DNA from: an uncultured archaeon
GTDB taxonomy: Archaea; Asgardarchaeota; Thorarchaeia; Thorarchaeales; Thorarchaeaceae
Direction of reading: 5' to 3'
Length of the DNA stretch: 64,000 nt
Assembly (NCBI GenBank): GCA_964631415.1
Contig: CAZVZC010000005.1
Span: 2,018-66,017, forward strand
Made by a program: the position numbers and the translations under genes. Shown piece by piece: positions 1 through 8,987 of the stretch. A model generated the notes under the pieces. The model searched no databases, was not told the DNA's origin, and saw only the letters and a list, made by a program, of their open reading frames with translations. Numbering within the stretch: position 1 is the first letter of the stretch; each line of letters starts with the position of its first letter.

Positions 1-836
1 GCGGGGGGCAGGTGAACATAGGCTCCTATGAGTTCAGCCTCTATGGTGACTTCCTGTCCCACAAATGCTGACAGTAGGAAGACATACGGACTGTCCACAT
101 ACCCGAAGACCTCGCAGGAAGAGGGGTCGGAGAAGGGCTTGGCGACAGTTACAACATAGATGGTGGAACCAAGACCGAGGAAAAGGAAGAATGCTACTGC
201 AGGTAGATTCCGGTAGAGTACCGTTCTCTTCGACCTTGCTCTTGGAAGTGATGGTTGGACCTGAGCGCTGGAGAGAACTAGTCCGGTATCGTACAGGAAG
301 TCCAGTGCCTGCCAAGCGAAATAGCCTGCGAAGATGAAACCTGAGCAGAAGGCCAAAATAACTATCAACATTATGTAGTAGAGAGGTGCCCCTACAAAGT
401 AGAATGCCTGGAGGACCAGCACATTGGAGGCTGTGGAAAGGCCGCCAGCCAACCACCACACCATCTTGCTCCCGGGACCAGCTCTTGAGAGGCTGCCACC
501 CAAAGCAGCGCCTCCATCGATAATGATGCCTTGAACCAGAGACACGAGTACTATGACAATGCCATGGGTGCTCCCAGTGAAGAGCTCCACGACGCCCTTC
601 AGGAGTCCTGCAGCTGTGCCAGCTCCGTTCTTCGGTATCAGCAACCGAATCAGTACTATCCAGAAAACATGGAGCCCTGCCATGAACTGTCCTGCTCCAA
701 ATGGCACACCAAGAGCTAGGTTGATGAGATTGCCGAGATAACCCACAAAGGTGCTGAGCGCACCACCGAGAGACGATAGCACTGCGATTGTGACGATCTC
801 CCGGGTGTTCGAGGGGGTGCCATGGTTGATGCTCAT
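1..836 (-). CDS. Polytopic membrane protein with an ECF-transporter S-component-like N-terminus; its C-terminus runs off the window (partial)
   Basis: This gene is not in the ORF track because it has no stop inside the window. Reading the minus strand from ATG 836-834 gives MSINHGTPSNTREIVTIAVLSSLGGALSTFVGYLGNLINLALGVPFGAGQFMAGLHVFWIVLIRLLIPKNGAGTAAGLLKGVVELFTGSTHGIVIVLVSLVQGIIIDG... The frame stays open to position 1 and contains several hydrophobic helices. Its ATG overlaps the stop of the upstream gene (ATGA). The track ORF 34..852(-) is a different, R/C/H/W-rich frame. Confidence 0.6.
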   Translation of the reverse strand, partial: MSINHGTPSNTREIVTIAVLSSLGGALSTFVGYLGNLINLALGVPFGAGQFMAGLHVFWIVLIRLLIPKNGAGTAAGLLKGVVELFTGSTHGIVIVLVSLVQGIIIDGGAALGGSLSRAGPGSKMVWWLAGGLSTASNVLVLQAFYFVGAPLYYIMLIVILAFCSGFIFAGYFAWQALDFLYDTGLVLSSAQVQPSLPRARSKRTVLYRNLPAVAFFLFLGLGSTIYVVTVAKPFSDPSSCEVFGYVDSPYVFLLSAFVGQEVTIEAELIGAYVHLPP

Positions 837-2410
837 CCATGAACCACCTCAATCAATACGACATTTCGCACCCACTGGGCACCCGCAGAAGGATATGCAT
901 GATAGCCCAGTCTAGGCGCAGATGTGGCCATGCAGTCATCATTGCTGTAAGCGCCATCAGGTGCAAGCATCACAAGCCTAGGACCTTCTGACCAGACTGG
1001 CACGACCGTATCATTGAACTCGAATGCAAGTACCATGTCACCTTGGAGCATGCGCCAGGACTCATTGGGGTAGACGTTCCAAAACGAAAAACACTGCTCG
1101 AAACCATCGAATGCTGAAACTCTCAACAGGTCATCTGTGGTCATCCCGCCCACCAGCTCGAGCAGGTCAGAAACCTTCACGCCGCTATAGACTCCCTGTC
1201 CACGCCAGTTACCATACTGGTTCTGGAAAGAAGACGGACCTGCGATTCCTCGCATTTGTGCCAAATCCTCCACTGACAAGACGACAGCCTCCCCGAGGCC
1301 TCGTATGACAACATGATCGCGTTCTATGACAGGTGGCTCAAGACTCACGGGCTCTATTGTTGCATCCGAACCGCTGAGAGTCACGTTCACGTAATGATAT
1401 GTGGCGCCTTGCTCGGTGGAATAGAGGTCTGCGCCAGAACCGCCTGTGATGACGTAACGGACACCGTTCTGGACGCTCTGGTTGAAGATGTGAATGTGGC
1501 CGCTGAATACGATGTCAACGCCTGACCTCTCGAAAATGTCCATCAGCCGTCTGGCAGTCGTGGTGTTCGATAGCCCGTGATCTCCGCTAGGGCGTGGGTC
1601 GAACGGAGGTATGTGGGTGAAGACGAGCTTCCAGTCTGCCAGTGACTCAGACAAATCGTGTTCCAGCCATGCTATGGCCTCTTCGGAAACATTGTCCTGA
1701 GAGGTATCAAGGACTGTGATGTGCGCAGGCCCTGCATCAAAAGCATAGGTTGGTGGGCCGAATTGGCCCGTGTATCTGGAAGCGCCGCCCATACGGATGT
1801 CGTGATTACCTGGCGTCAGGAAAATTGGCAGAGTCAGATTATCGAGGGCCTTCACGAAGCTGACATACTGATTGTCTTGCCCGAAAGGCGTCATGTCTCC
1901 ACAGTGAAAGACAAAACCCGGCCGCTCCTTGTTAGCAGCCGCAACTACTTGCTGTACTCCACCTTGGTATCCCTGTGAGTCACCAAGAACGTAGAAGGTC
2001 AGTGAAGAGTCTGAAATCATGGCATGAGCCCGTACTATGGCGGAAGCGGCCGTTGTACGCACTTCGACAGTCTTGGAGGAACTGCCAACACGGATCAAGA
2101 GGATCTGGGCATCGGAGTCGATTGTGGTCTGCTCGACATCTATGTTTGTGATATTCAGCCTGTATACGCCCAATCCAAGCTGCGTACTCCACACAATCGT
2201 GATATTACAACTGAAACTCATTGCACGGACTATGGCCGAGTCTTCCTCAGCCTCTATCAAGTGACATCCCTCAACAGACAGAGTTGGTGCGCTTCTCACA
2301 GACTGAAGAGTGGACAGGCTGATGACTGCTAGACCTGCTGCAATGAGTACAATTGACAGGATGAATGCAGCAGTCCGTACTCTGATCATCGGCGGGTCCT
2401 CTTCTGCCAC
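833..2410 (-). CDS. Membrane-anchored calcineurin-like metallophosphoesterase fused to a C-terminal molybdopterin-binding-oxidoreductase-like domain
   Basis: The ORF is 525 aa. It has an N-terminal hydrophobic anchor (AAFILSIVLIAAGLAVISL) and phosphoesterase motifs FHCGDMTPFG, GNHD and FSGHIH. The C-terminal ~150 aa (VIRGLGEAVVLSVEDL...GVYSGVKVSDLLELVG...LVMLAPDG) resemble a YedY/sulfite-oxidase-type domain. Confidence 0.7.
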   Translation of the reverse strand: MAEEDPPMIRVRTAAFILSIVLIAAGLAVISLSTLQSVRSAPTLSVEGCHLIEAEEDSAIVRAMSFSCNITIVWSTQLGLGVYRLNITNIDVEQTTIDSDAQILLIRVGSSSKTVEVRTTAASAIVRAHAMISDSSLTFYVLGDSQGYQGGVQQVVAAANKERPGFVFHCGDMTPFGQDNQYVSFVKALDNLTLPIFLTPGNHDIRMGGASRYTGQFGPPTYAFDAGPAHITVLDTSQDNVSEEAIAWLEHDLSESLADWKLVFTHIPPFDPRPSGDHGLSNTTTARRLMDIFERSGVDIVFSGHIHIFNQSVQNGVRYVITGGSGADLYSTEQGATYHYVNVTLSGSDATIEPVSLEPPVIERDHVVIRGLGEAVVLSVEDLAQMRGIAGPSSFQNQYGNWRGQGVYSGVKVSDLLELVGGMTTDDLLRVSAFDGFEQCFSFWNVYPNESWRMLQGDMVLAFEFNDTVVPVWSEGPRLVMLAPDGAYSNDDCMATSAPRLGYHAYPSAGAQWVRNVVLIEVVHG

Positions 2411-2530
2411 TACTGATATGTTTGGCTGGACATATCACTGCGTTGATGGCAATATGAACGTTAGGGAAGAGCGGCTATTCGGTTGTCGGATTATCCCTGC
2501 GAACTCGATGAGCAACGGAGTTTCGGAGAT

Positions 2531-3316
2531 CTAGTCAACTGGAATACCTTCTGCTGCAACGCGTTTTGCAAGAGCGAGAAGACTGTCGTCCCTGCGCCAA
2601 TGGGCAGTCTGTTTCAGCGTATTAGAAACGGTTTCGATAAAAAGCCCATCGATGACGCTCTCACGACTCTCGCCACGTAGTCCCAGGTACTTCTCAAGTA
2701 GACGCCAAGCAAGAGCCCTCTTACGTCTGTCAAACACCGGCTCTGTGTCAAGGAGGCTTGCACTGATGCCACCGATGTCAGCAATCCAGTGTCCGGGCTC
2801 CGACTCTTCAAAGTCCACACCGAAGATTACTCCATTGCTGATTATGAAGTTCCGTAAGCGTGGGTCACCCTTGTTCCGACCCAGAGCCATGTGGTACCCG
2901 TAATACCATTCAGCAAGCCTGTCAATCAGCCCGGGCTCAAAGGTCCGGTTTATCCGCTCGACAAGAGCTTCGCCCGGGATGAATGACATCAGAATGACTC
3001 CATCTTGAGCTCCTAGGACTCTTGGTACGGCAAGCCCCTTCTGATAGCCTTCTCGGAGTATGTGGAGCTCATCGTCAAAGCGATCCATCACAAACAGTTT
3101 TGCAACCACGCGAATGGACGACACCCGCCCACTTGGCCAGACTCTGAGAAGAAAGACCACGTTCTTCTTGCTCTTGAAACGCTGAAGTGGACTCACTCGG
3201 ACCCGAGAGCTGAAGGTCTGTGTGAGGAGAGTTTCAAGCGTGGTCAGACGTGTAGGGTCAAGTCTGATGCCGTCTACTCCAGTGAAATCACCACCTAGCT
3301 CCTTCAACAGGTCCAT
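2531..3316 (-). CDS. Protein-kinase-fold protein (RIO/Kdo-kinase/aminoglycoside-phosphotransferase-like)
   Basis: Kinase-like catalytic segment KGDPRLRNFIISNGVIFGVDFEE. I place the start at the internal ATG (MDLLKELGG, 3316), because the longer track ORF (to 3460) would overlap the opposite-strand DUF6485-like gene. Confidence 0.55.
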   Translation of the reverse strand: MDLLKELGGDFTGVDGIRLDPTRLTTLETLLTQTFSSRVRVSPLQRFKSKKNVVFLLRVWPSGRVSSIRVVAKLFVMDRFDDELHILREGYQKGLAVPRVLGAQDGVILMSFIPGEALVERINRTFEPGLIDRLAEWYYGYHMALGRNKGDPRLRNFIISNGVIFGVDFEESEPGHWIADIGGISASLLDTEPVFDRRKRALAWRLLEKYLGLRGESRESVIDGLFIETVSNTLKQTAHWRRDDSLLALAKRVAAEGIPVD

Positions 3317-3407
3317 AGTATGGATTTGAAACCCGCATTCGCTATTAGTCTGCCGAATGAACCAATCAGGTTTTAATGTCTGGAATCGTGGAGTGCCAGT
3401 GACCGAC

Positions 3408-3629
3408 ATGACTGACAGAGCCTGTAATGCGGAAAGGAACAGGCAGCAATGCAGCTGCACATATGAAGGCTGCTCCAGACAGGGCTTTTGCTGTGATTGC
3501 CTCCGTTATCACTGGAAGAACCATGAACTCCCAGGCTGCCTCTTTCCTCCGGACGCTGAGAAGACGTACGATCGTTCTCTTGACCACTTCTTGGGAGTCT
3601 GGAGCAAGAAGGCTCCAAAGAATCGGTGA
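3408..3629 (+). CDS. Small Cys-rich protein, DUF6485-like
   Basis: Motif QQCSCTYEGCSRQGFCCDCLRYHWKNHELPGCLFPPDAEKTYDRS matches my memory of the CxCxY..C.RKG.CC.C..YH family. The track ORF starts at 3357; the ATG at 3408 (MTDRAC...) fits the family length better. Confidence 0.55.
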   Translation: MTDRACNAERNRQQCSCTYEGCSRQGFCCDCLRYHWKNHELPGCLFPPDAEKTYDRSLDHFLGVWSKKAPKNR

Positions 3630-3721
3630 CTCTCATGAATTCGACAGCTCGTGGCTCTTTGAAGGTGGGTGCGGATTGAAGAACGGAAGTACTTATGAGG
3701 CAACCTCGGCTTTGAGTTGCC

Positions 3722-3796
3722 GGGCGCGTCGTCTAGCTAGGACAGGGCGCCGGCCTTCGGAGTCGGATGTCGCAGGTTCGAATCCTGCCGCGCCCG
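3722..3796 (+). tRNA. tRNA-Arg (anticodon TCG), no intron
   Basis: Acceptor GGGCGCG/CGCGCCC. Anticodon arm CCGGC-CTTCGGA-GTCGG. T arm GCAGG-TTCGAAT-CCTGC. Discriminator G is followed by a genomically encoded CCA (3797-3799). Confidence 0.85.
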
Positions 3797-3846
3797 CCAC
3801 TTCTTATCATACACGTAACAGCATAGAATCTGTCGTGTGAGCCCAG

Positions 3847-4914
3847 TCAGTCGCAAGACGAAGGCTTCACTCGTCCGAGCTCGGACGAATCAAAAAGCCG
3901 CTTCATCTTTTCCTCGTTGGGCCTACGAACAACTCCTCGATCCGTGATGATTGCCGAGATGAAACTAGGTGGAGTGATATCAAATGCGGGATTGTAGACT
4001 TTCGCAGTTGGCACAGTGACATACTGGCCATTTATGATTCGAACCTCGTCTGGATGCCGCTCCTCAATCACAACGTCCTCAGGTCTAGTTGCCATGTCGA
4101 TTGTGGACGTGGGTGCAGCTACGTAGAACGGTATTCTGTGATGCTTCGCCACTATGGCCATTGTGTACGTGCCGATCTTGTTTGTCACATGACCGGTCCT
4201 GAGTATTCTGTCGGCGCCAACGACGCAGCAGTCGACCCTCTTCTCGCGGAACACCGTCCCAATCATCCCATCAGTTATGAGTGTCGTATCTATGCCGTCC
4301 TGCATGAACTCGAACACCGTCAACCTCGCACCTTGCTGTCGTGGGCGGGTTTCAGCTGCATAGACCTTGATGTTACCGTACTTCTCATGGGCCATACGGA
4401 CTACAGCACCGACAGTACCCAAGTGAACGGTCGCGAGAGAGCCAGCATTGCAGATTGTCTGAATGATCCATCCCGGCTTGATTAGAGGTAGCGCATTCTC
4501 ACCAATCCGCCTACACATCCGGACGTCTTCCTCAGCGATCTCCTTAGCCTCATCAATCAGTACTCTGGTGATCTCACTTGCAGTTCCATCAAGACCTCTG
4601 GCGGCTTTCAACATGCGGTCCGTTGCCCAAGTCAGATTGACTGCTGTCGGACGCGTGTTCAGAGTTGTTGCAGCGCGCTCGAGATGATGGAGCAGTTCAT
4701 CTTTGGTCCGGGCATTGCTCTCAACTGCAGCCAAGGCCATGCCCATACCTGCAGCGGCACCGATGGCAGGAGCTCCCCTGATTTCCATTGCCCTGATTGC
4801 GTCTGCTATGCGTTCATGACTCGTAGTGGCAATGAATTTGATCTCCAACGGGAGCCGGGTCTGGTCCACAAACTGCACTCTGCCGTCATCAAGCCATTCT
4901 ATGGTTCGGAACAT
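3847..4914 (-). CDS. mtnA: Methylthioribose-1-phosphate isomerase / aIF-2B-like family protein
   Basis: 355 aa. N-terminus MFRTIEWLDDGRVQFVDQTRLPLE...AIRAMEIRGAPAIGAAAGMGMALAA and VVGADRI...G.V.NKIGTY are typical of the MtnA/eIF2B alpha-beta-delta family. Confidence 0.85.
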   Translation of the reverse strand: MFRTIEWLDDGRVQFVDQTRLPLEIKFIATTSHERIADAIRAMEIRGAPAIGAAAGMGMALAAVESNARTKDELLHHLERAATTLNTRPTAVNLTWATDRMLKAARGLDGTASEITRVLIDEAKEIAEEDVRMCRRIGENALPLIKPGWIIQTICNAGSLATVHLGTVGAVVRMAHEKYGNIKVYAAETRPRQQGARLTVFEFMQDGIDTTLITDGMIGTVFREKRVDCCVVGADRILRTGHVTNKIGTYTMAIVAKHHRIPFYVAAPTSTIDMATRPEDVVIEERHPDEVRIINGQYVTVPTAKVYNPAFDITPPSFISAIITDRGVVRRPNEEKMKRLFDSSELGRVKPSSCD

Positions 4915-5437
4915 CTTTGAGCCCTCTCAAGTGCTGTCTTAGAGCACGCTCTAAGACACTAATAATCTTCTGACCCACCACACATATCTCAGCGGTCAGT
5001 CCTTCGCCAAATTCCAAGCTCTTGGGCTGCACACCCAAGAGAATCGTTTTCCCTCCAGTCTCTTGTTCTAGGTACATCATGAGGAAGGAGAGCGGCATGT
5101 TGTGTGTGCTTATTGTGATTCCTCTTCCGCCTATTTGCTCCTTAGCAATGAGCTCGACATGTCCTGGCGGCTTCTGCATGTCAGCAGCATCGACCAGAAT
5201 TACTCGTTGCGCTCCAAACTCTGCCAAGGGACGTGCAAAGGCCTCGGGAACTGACCCGACATTCTCTACCATCAAGTCCGGGTGCTCTATCCTTAAGCCA
5301 CTGATGATGAACAGGCCGACTCCATCATCGGTTCTCAAGTCGTTTCCGATTCCAAGTACCCCTATGCGCTTTCCCCCTGATATGAAATCTTTGAGACTGG
5401 CTTCAAGGGCACGGTATGACATGGCTTGATACTCCAT
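4889..5437 (-). CDS. Hydrogenase maturation endopeptidase (HycI/HoxW family)
   Basis: Motifs RIGVLGIGNDLRTDDGVGLFI, VILVDAADM and STHNMPLSFL. The Ser-rich N-terminal 65 aa of the track ORF (to 5632) is the antisense of the acidic leader of endA. I therefore prefer the ATG at 5437, or alternatively 5422. Confidence 0.7.
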   Translation of the reverse strand: MEYQAMSYRALEASLKDFISGGKRIGVLGIGNDLRTDDGVGLFIISGLRIEHPDLMVENVGSVPEAFARPLAEFGAQRVILVDAADMQKPPGHVELIAKEQIGGRGITISTHNMPLSFLMMYLEQETGGKTILLGVQPKSLEFGEGLTAEICVVGQKIISVLERALRQHLRGLKDVPNHRMA

Positions 5438-5438
5438 A

Positions 5439-6161
5439 ATGCGTGAGATGCTTCTCGCCAATTGCTTCGACGAAGGGTTTTTCTCGTGTCGGTTGAGGTC
5501 TTCGTGTACTAGGCGAAGACTGTTGCCCCATAAAGATGGCGAAGAGCCCAATCCGGAAGACTTCGACAATGCCGAGGAAGAGATTGTCGAGGAGGAGTCC
5601 CTAGAGCCTGCAGAGGAGCCTGCAGAGGTCATCTTCAGCGAGGGGCGTGGCTATGTTGCAGGCGACAATGCTGACAGGATATCGCAGCAGGGCTTCTATG
5701 GCACTCGTTTGGATGACGGCAGGCTCCAGATTGACCCCGTTGAGATTCTCCACCTTCTGGAACGGAAGAGAGTCTTTGTGAGGTCTGTCAGTGGGGATTC
5801 AATTGAGGCAAGACGCGTCGTAGATGAACTGCTTGATGATGACCCAGATCTGTGGACACGCTATCTCGTGTATCGCGACCTTAGAAGCAGGGGCTACGCA
5901 GTACGCCAGGGGTTTGGTGGAGGAATAGGGTTCAGGGTGTATGCAAGGGGTGACAGGCCCACGGAGAAGACAGCCAACCAGCTTGTCTATGTACTCAAGG
6001 AGGGCGAACCCATTGCGCTCCATGACCTAGATATGGTGACAGAAGCAGCTTCTACTGCACGAAAGAAACTGGTCTTCGCTCTCGTTGACCAGAACGGTGA
6101 AGTCAGTTTCTATAAGGTTTCCCGGACAACACTGCGTGCCTTGGCAGGTGAGTCTGAATGA
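5439..6161 (+). CDS. endA: tRNA-splicing endonuclease EndA homolog with an acidic N-terminal extension
   Basis: The C-terminal half YLVYRDLRSRGYAVRQGFGGGIGFRVYARGDRPTEKTANQLVYVLKE...ARKKLVFALVDQNGEVSFYKV aligns with M. jannaschii EndA ([44 protein letters not shown]...VRKKLLIAIVDADGDIVYY). The start is uncertain: ATG 5439, or the in-frame TTG at 5523. ATGA overlap with the next gene. Confidence 0.8.
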   Translation: MREMLLANCFDEGFFSCRLRSSCTRRRLLPHKDGEEPNPEDFDNAEEEIVEEESLEPAEEPAEVIFSEGRGYVAGDNADRISQQGFYGTRLDDGRLQIDPVEILHLLERKRVFVRSVSGDSIEARRVVDELLDDDPDLWTRYLVYRDLRSRGYAVRQGFGGGIGFRVYARGDRPTEKTANQLVYVLKEGEPIALHDLDMVTEAASTARKKLVFALVDQNGEVSFYKVSRTTLRALAGESE

Positions 6162-7807
6162 CGAACAATGTCGTAGTGCTTGATACCAGTGTTGTGGTGG
6201 ACGGCTGGGTATCACAACAGATTGAATCAGGAGAGTACAAGGGATACCGAATTGTGATACCAAACGCGGTGCTGGCCGAGATTGAGCATATGGCAAACCA
6301 GAAGCGGGATATTGGCAGACTCGGAATGAATGAACTGGAACGCCTCAGGGCTCTTGCTGAGAACGGAGCGATTACACTGGATTTTGTGGGAGAGAGGCCT
6401 ACACCCGAGCAGATTCATGGATCACACGCCGGAGAACTCGATGCACTGGTACGTGATGTGGCCTCTAAGATGAACGCGACATTGGTCACATCTGACAACG
6501 TTCAAGCGGCTGCAGCCCATGTTATCGGACTTGACGTAGTCGTGATAGAGAAGAAACGAGCCCGTTCGATAGTGACACTGGAGGAGTTCTTTGACGACCG
6601 CACCATGAGTGTGCATCTTATGGAGAACAATCCACCTCGTGCGAAGAGAGGAGAACCGGGAGACTGGGAGCTCGTTGATCTCTCGGATCACATACTTACG
6701 TACGAGGAACTTGAACAGCTAGCGAACACGATACTTGAGAGAGCGCGCCAAGATAGAGCATCATTTGTGGAGATTGAGGAGCTTGGAGCCACCGTTGTCC
6801 AGCTCAGGAACTACCGAATCGTCATCGCACGTCCGCCGTTCAGCGACAAGATGGAGATATCTGCTATCCATCCAATCACAAAGCTTGACATCGACTACTA
6901 TGGTCTCAGCCCAAAGCTGATGAACAGGCTGGAAACCCGTGCCGAGGGGATTCTGATATCGGGCTCGCCGGGCTCCGGGAAGAGCACTTTCGCGGCAGCG
7001 CTGGCCGAGTTCTATAGTAAGAAAGGGAATGTGGTCAAGACATTGGAGCAGCCGAGAGACCTTCAGGTCGCTGACGACATCGTTCAGTATGCACCACTTG
7101 AGGGCAGCATGGAGAAGGCTGCTGACGTTCTGTTGCTCGTACGACCCGACTATGTGGTCTATGATGAGTTGCGCAAGGACTCCGACTTCAAGGCATATGC
7201 AGACCTCAGGTCGGCAGGAGTCGGCATGGTGGGGGTTGTTCATGCCGGATCTGCCATCGATGCCATACAGAGATTGATACTTGGTGGCAGAGTCGAACTA
7301 GGTCAACTGCCTAGCACGGTTGATACGGTGCTTCATGTCGAGGCAGGCCGTGTCGCGAAAGTTGCCTCACTCTCTCTCAAGGTGAAGCTTCCAACTGGCA
7401 TGAGCAGTCAGCAGAGAGACTTGGCAAGACCGGTCGTTGAAGTGCGTGACTTCGAACGAGGAGCACTCGAGTACGAGATGTTCTCGTTTGGGGGCGAAAA
7501 AGTCGTCGTGCCTGTAAGAGGTGAGAGCCGTACAGCATTCGGAGCACCTCAGGCAGCAGTCGACCGGGGCGCGCCGGGAGAGAGTGTGCCAGTCAGTGTG
7601 AGCTACTCTCACAAGAAGGTCACGATATATGCTGGCAGGAAGTATGCCAAAATGCGGCTCGATGTCTTTGCAAATGACCAGTACATACTAGCTACCGTTG
7701 TTGGACGCAATGGTGAAGCATCAATACGAATCAAGACAAGACAAGGAAGCGCATTAGTCGATGCCCTTGAGGAAAGCGCAACCATAACAGCGAAAGTAAC
7801 GGAATGA
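6158..7807 (+). CDS. PIN-domain plus KH-domain P-loop ATPase (PilT-like, COG1855-type)
   Basis: 549 aa. N-terminal PIN-like region VVVLDTSVVVDG...LVTSDNVQ. Walker A ISGSPGSGKSTF. The architecture is the conserved archaeal PINc/KH ATPase. Confidence 0.75.
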   Translation: MTNNVVVLDTSVVVDGWVSQQIESGEYKGYRIVIPNAVLAEIEHMANQKRDIGRLGMNELERLRALAENGAITLDFVGERPTPEQIHGSHAGELDALVRDVASKMNATLVTSDNVQAAAAHVIGLDVVVIEKKRARSIVTLEEFFDDRTMSVHLMENNPPRAKRGEPGDWELVDLSDHILTYEELEQLANTILERARQDRASFVEIEELGATVVQLRNYRIVIARPPFSDKMEISAIHPITKLDIDYYGLSPKLMNRLETRAEGILISGSPGSGKSTFAAALAEFYSKKGNVVKTLEQPRDLQVADDIVQYAPLEGSMEKAADVLLLVRPDYVVYDELRKDSDFKAYADLRSAGVGMVGVVHAGSAIDAIQRLILGGRVELGQLPSTVDTVLHVEAGRVAKVASLSLKVKLPTGMSSQQRDLARPVVEVRDFERGALEYEMFSFGGEKVVVPVRGESRTAFGAPQAAVDRGAPGESVPVSVSYSHKKVTIYAGRKYAKMRLDVFANDQYILATVVGRNGEASIRIKTRQGSALVDALEESATITAKVTE

Positions 7808-7847
7808 ATGGACATGGTTGTGCTTGAGAAGTGTCAAAGAACTGCAA

Positions 7848-7857
7848 AAACTTTAAC
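7848..7857 (+). promoter_or_regulatory. TATA-like element upstream of tRNA-Arg(CCT)
   Basis: AAACTTTAAC lies about 28-37 nt upstream of the tRNA 5' end. It is related to the CTTTTAT element upstream of three other tRNA genes in the window. Confidence 0.35.
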
Positions 7858-7884
7858 AGCGTGCCGCAAGCCAGTTTCTTGAAC

Positions 7885-7981
7885 GGGCCCGTGGCTCAGC
7901 CAGGATAGAGCGCCAGCCTCCTATTCAGCAGTCGGCTGAGGTGCTAGTTGGTGATCGCGCGTTCAAATCGCGTCGGGCCCG
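7885..7981 (+). tRNA. tRNA-Arg (anticodon CCT) with a 22-nt canonical (37/38) intron
   Basis: Acceptor GGGCCCG/CGGGCCC. D arm GCTC..GAGC. Anticodon stem CCAGC/GTTGG, loop CTCCTA|intron|A. The intron is 7924-7945, with hairpin TCAGC/GCTGA and the C32:G(-3) pair of a BHB. T arm GCGCG-TTCAAAT-CGCGT. CCA is encoded. Confidence 0.85.
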
Positions 7982-7994
7982 CCATCGAATCTGA

Positions 7995-8729
7995 CTATTT
8001 TCTGAGTACGTACGACTTTGTATCGGTGCCCACATGTACTTCGTCAGTCATACCTACAAAGAGACCAGTTTCCACAACACCGGGAATCATCTTCAACTCA
8101 GTTGCCGTTTTCCTAGGGTCATCGATTGGCTTGGAAAACCTCAGGTCAATGATGAAGTTACCATTGTCTGTCACTACCGGTCCCAGCTTCCCTTGTGCCT
8201 CACGCACGGCCGAACTGATACCCATTGCTCCGACCCTTCTCCTGACAAAGCCGAGTGAAAATGGAAGCACCTCAATTGGTATCGGGAACTCTGCCCCAAG
8301 CTGCTCCACCAACTTCGACTCATCGATGATTATGATAAGTTTCTTGGAAGCCGCCGCAACAATCTTCTCTTGGAAGAATGCACCGCCCCCTCCCTTTATG
8401 AGGTCCAAGTGTCGATCTACCTCGTCGGCTCCATCTACTGTGAGGACCAGCTCAGGATTGAGGTCGAGATTAGTCAGGGGTATCTTGTATTCGATTGCGA
8501 GTTGGTAGGCCTGATAGGAACTGGGAACGACAGTGGTGTCTGTCTTTCCCTCTGATATCAGACGACCAAGCTCTTTTGCAAAGGCCGCAACTGTGGAACC
8601 ACTTCCGAGTCCCAATGCTCCTTTCGCAGGAATCAGCTTCAATGCGCTCATGGCTGCGTTCGTCTTTGCTTTCGACAATCGGCGTCCACCACCCACGTTG
8701 AACTGTATGTGACTGGTCAACTGGCCCAC
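7995..8729 (-). CDS. rpiA: Ribose-5-phosphate isomerase A
   Basis: Motifs LGLGSGSTVAAF, TVDGADEVD and LIKGGGGAFFQEK. Confidence 0.9.
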   Translation of the reverse strand: MGQLTSHIQFNVGGGRRLSKAKTNAAMSALKLIPAKGALGLGSGSTVAAFAKELGRLISEGKTDTTVVPSSYQAYQLAIEYKIPLTNLDLNPELVLTVDGADEVDRHLDLIKGGGGAFFQEKIVAAASKKLIIIIDESKLVEQLGAEFPIPIEVLPFSLGFVRRRVGAMGISSAVREAQGKLGPVVTDNGNFIIDLRFSKPIDDPRKTATELKMIPGVVETGLFVGMTDEVHVGTDTKSYVLRK

Positions 8730-8774
8730 TCAATAAGGTTTCCGCGAATCGCTCCTGAATGACAATCACGGCCA

Positions 8775-8987
8775 TCAGGCAGAACCGCAGCAACCTCTTC
8801 CGCACTGAGCGGGACTTGTCTTGGGACGATAGTAGACTGCCCACCTTCCATCGTCAGCCTTGGAGATCACTACATACAGACGATCCTTAAGGGATCTGGC
8901 CAGAAGTACGGCCTCGCTGCTGCTCTGAAATATGTCGGCCAGCCTGTACACTTGACCACCCACCACATGCCATTTCTCTACTGACAT
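8775..8987 (-). CDS. Hypothetical small protein (70 aa) with a Cys-rich C-terminus
   Basis: ORF only. The composition is protein-like (WHVVGGQVYRLADIF...DGRWAVYYRPK...CGRGCCGSA). I recognise no family. Confidence 0.35.
   Translation of the reverse strand: MSVEKWHVVGGQVYRLADIFQSSSEAVLLARSLKDRLYVVISKADDGRWAVYYRPKTSPAQCGRGCCGSA

Noticed and set aside
34-852. Track ORF of 272 aa on the minus strand
   Set aside because: Its composition is implausible (rich in R, C, H and W). Another minus-strand frame over the same DNA encodes a clean polytopic membrane protein that starts with an ATGA overlap at 836 and stays open to the window edge.
3699-3721. Hairpin GGCAAC-n11-GTTGCC abutting the 5' end of tRNA-Arg(TCG)
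   Set aside because: It could be a leader structure or a terminator for the upstream small gene. It is too short and unsupported to call.
5438-5632. Ser-rich 65-aa N-terminal extension of the hydrogenase maturation protease ORF
   Set aside because: It is the antisense of the acidic leader of endA. HycI-type proteases start ~15-20 aa before the GIGN motif, which fits the ATG at 5437 or 5422.
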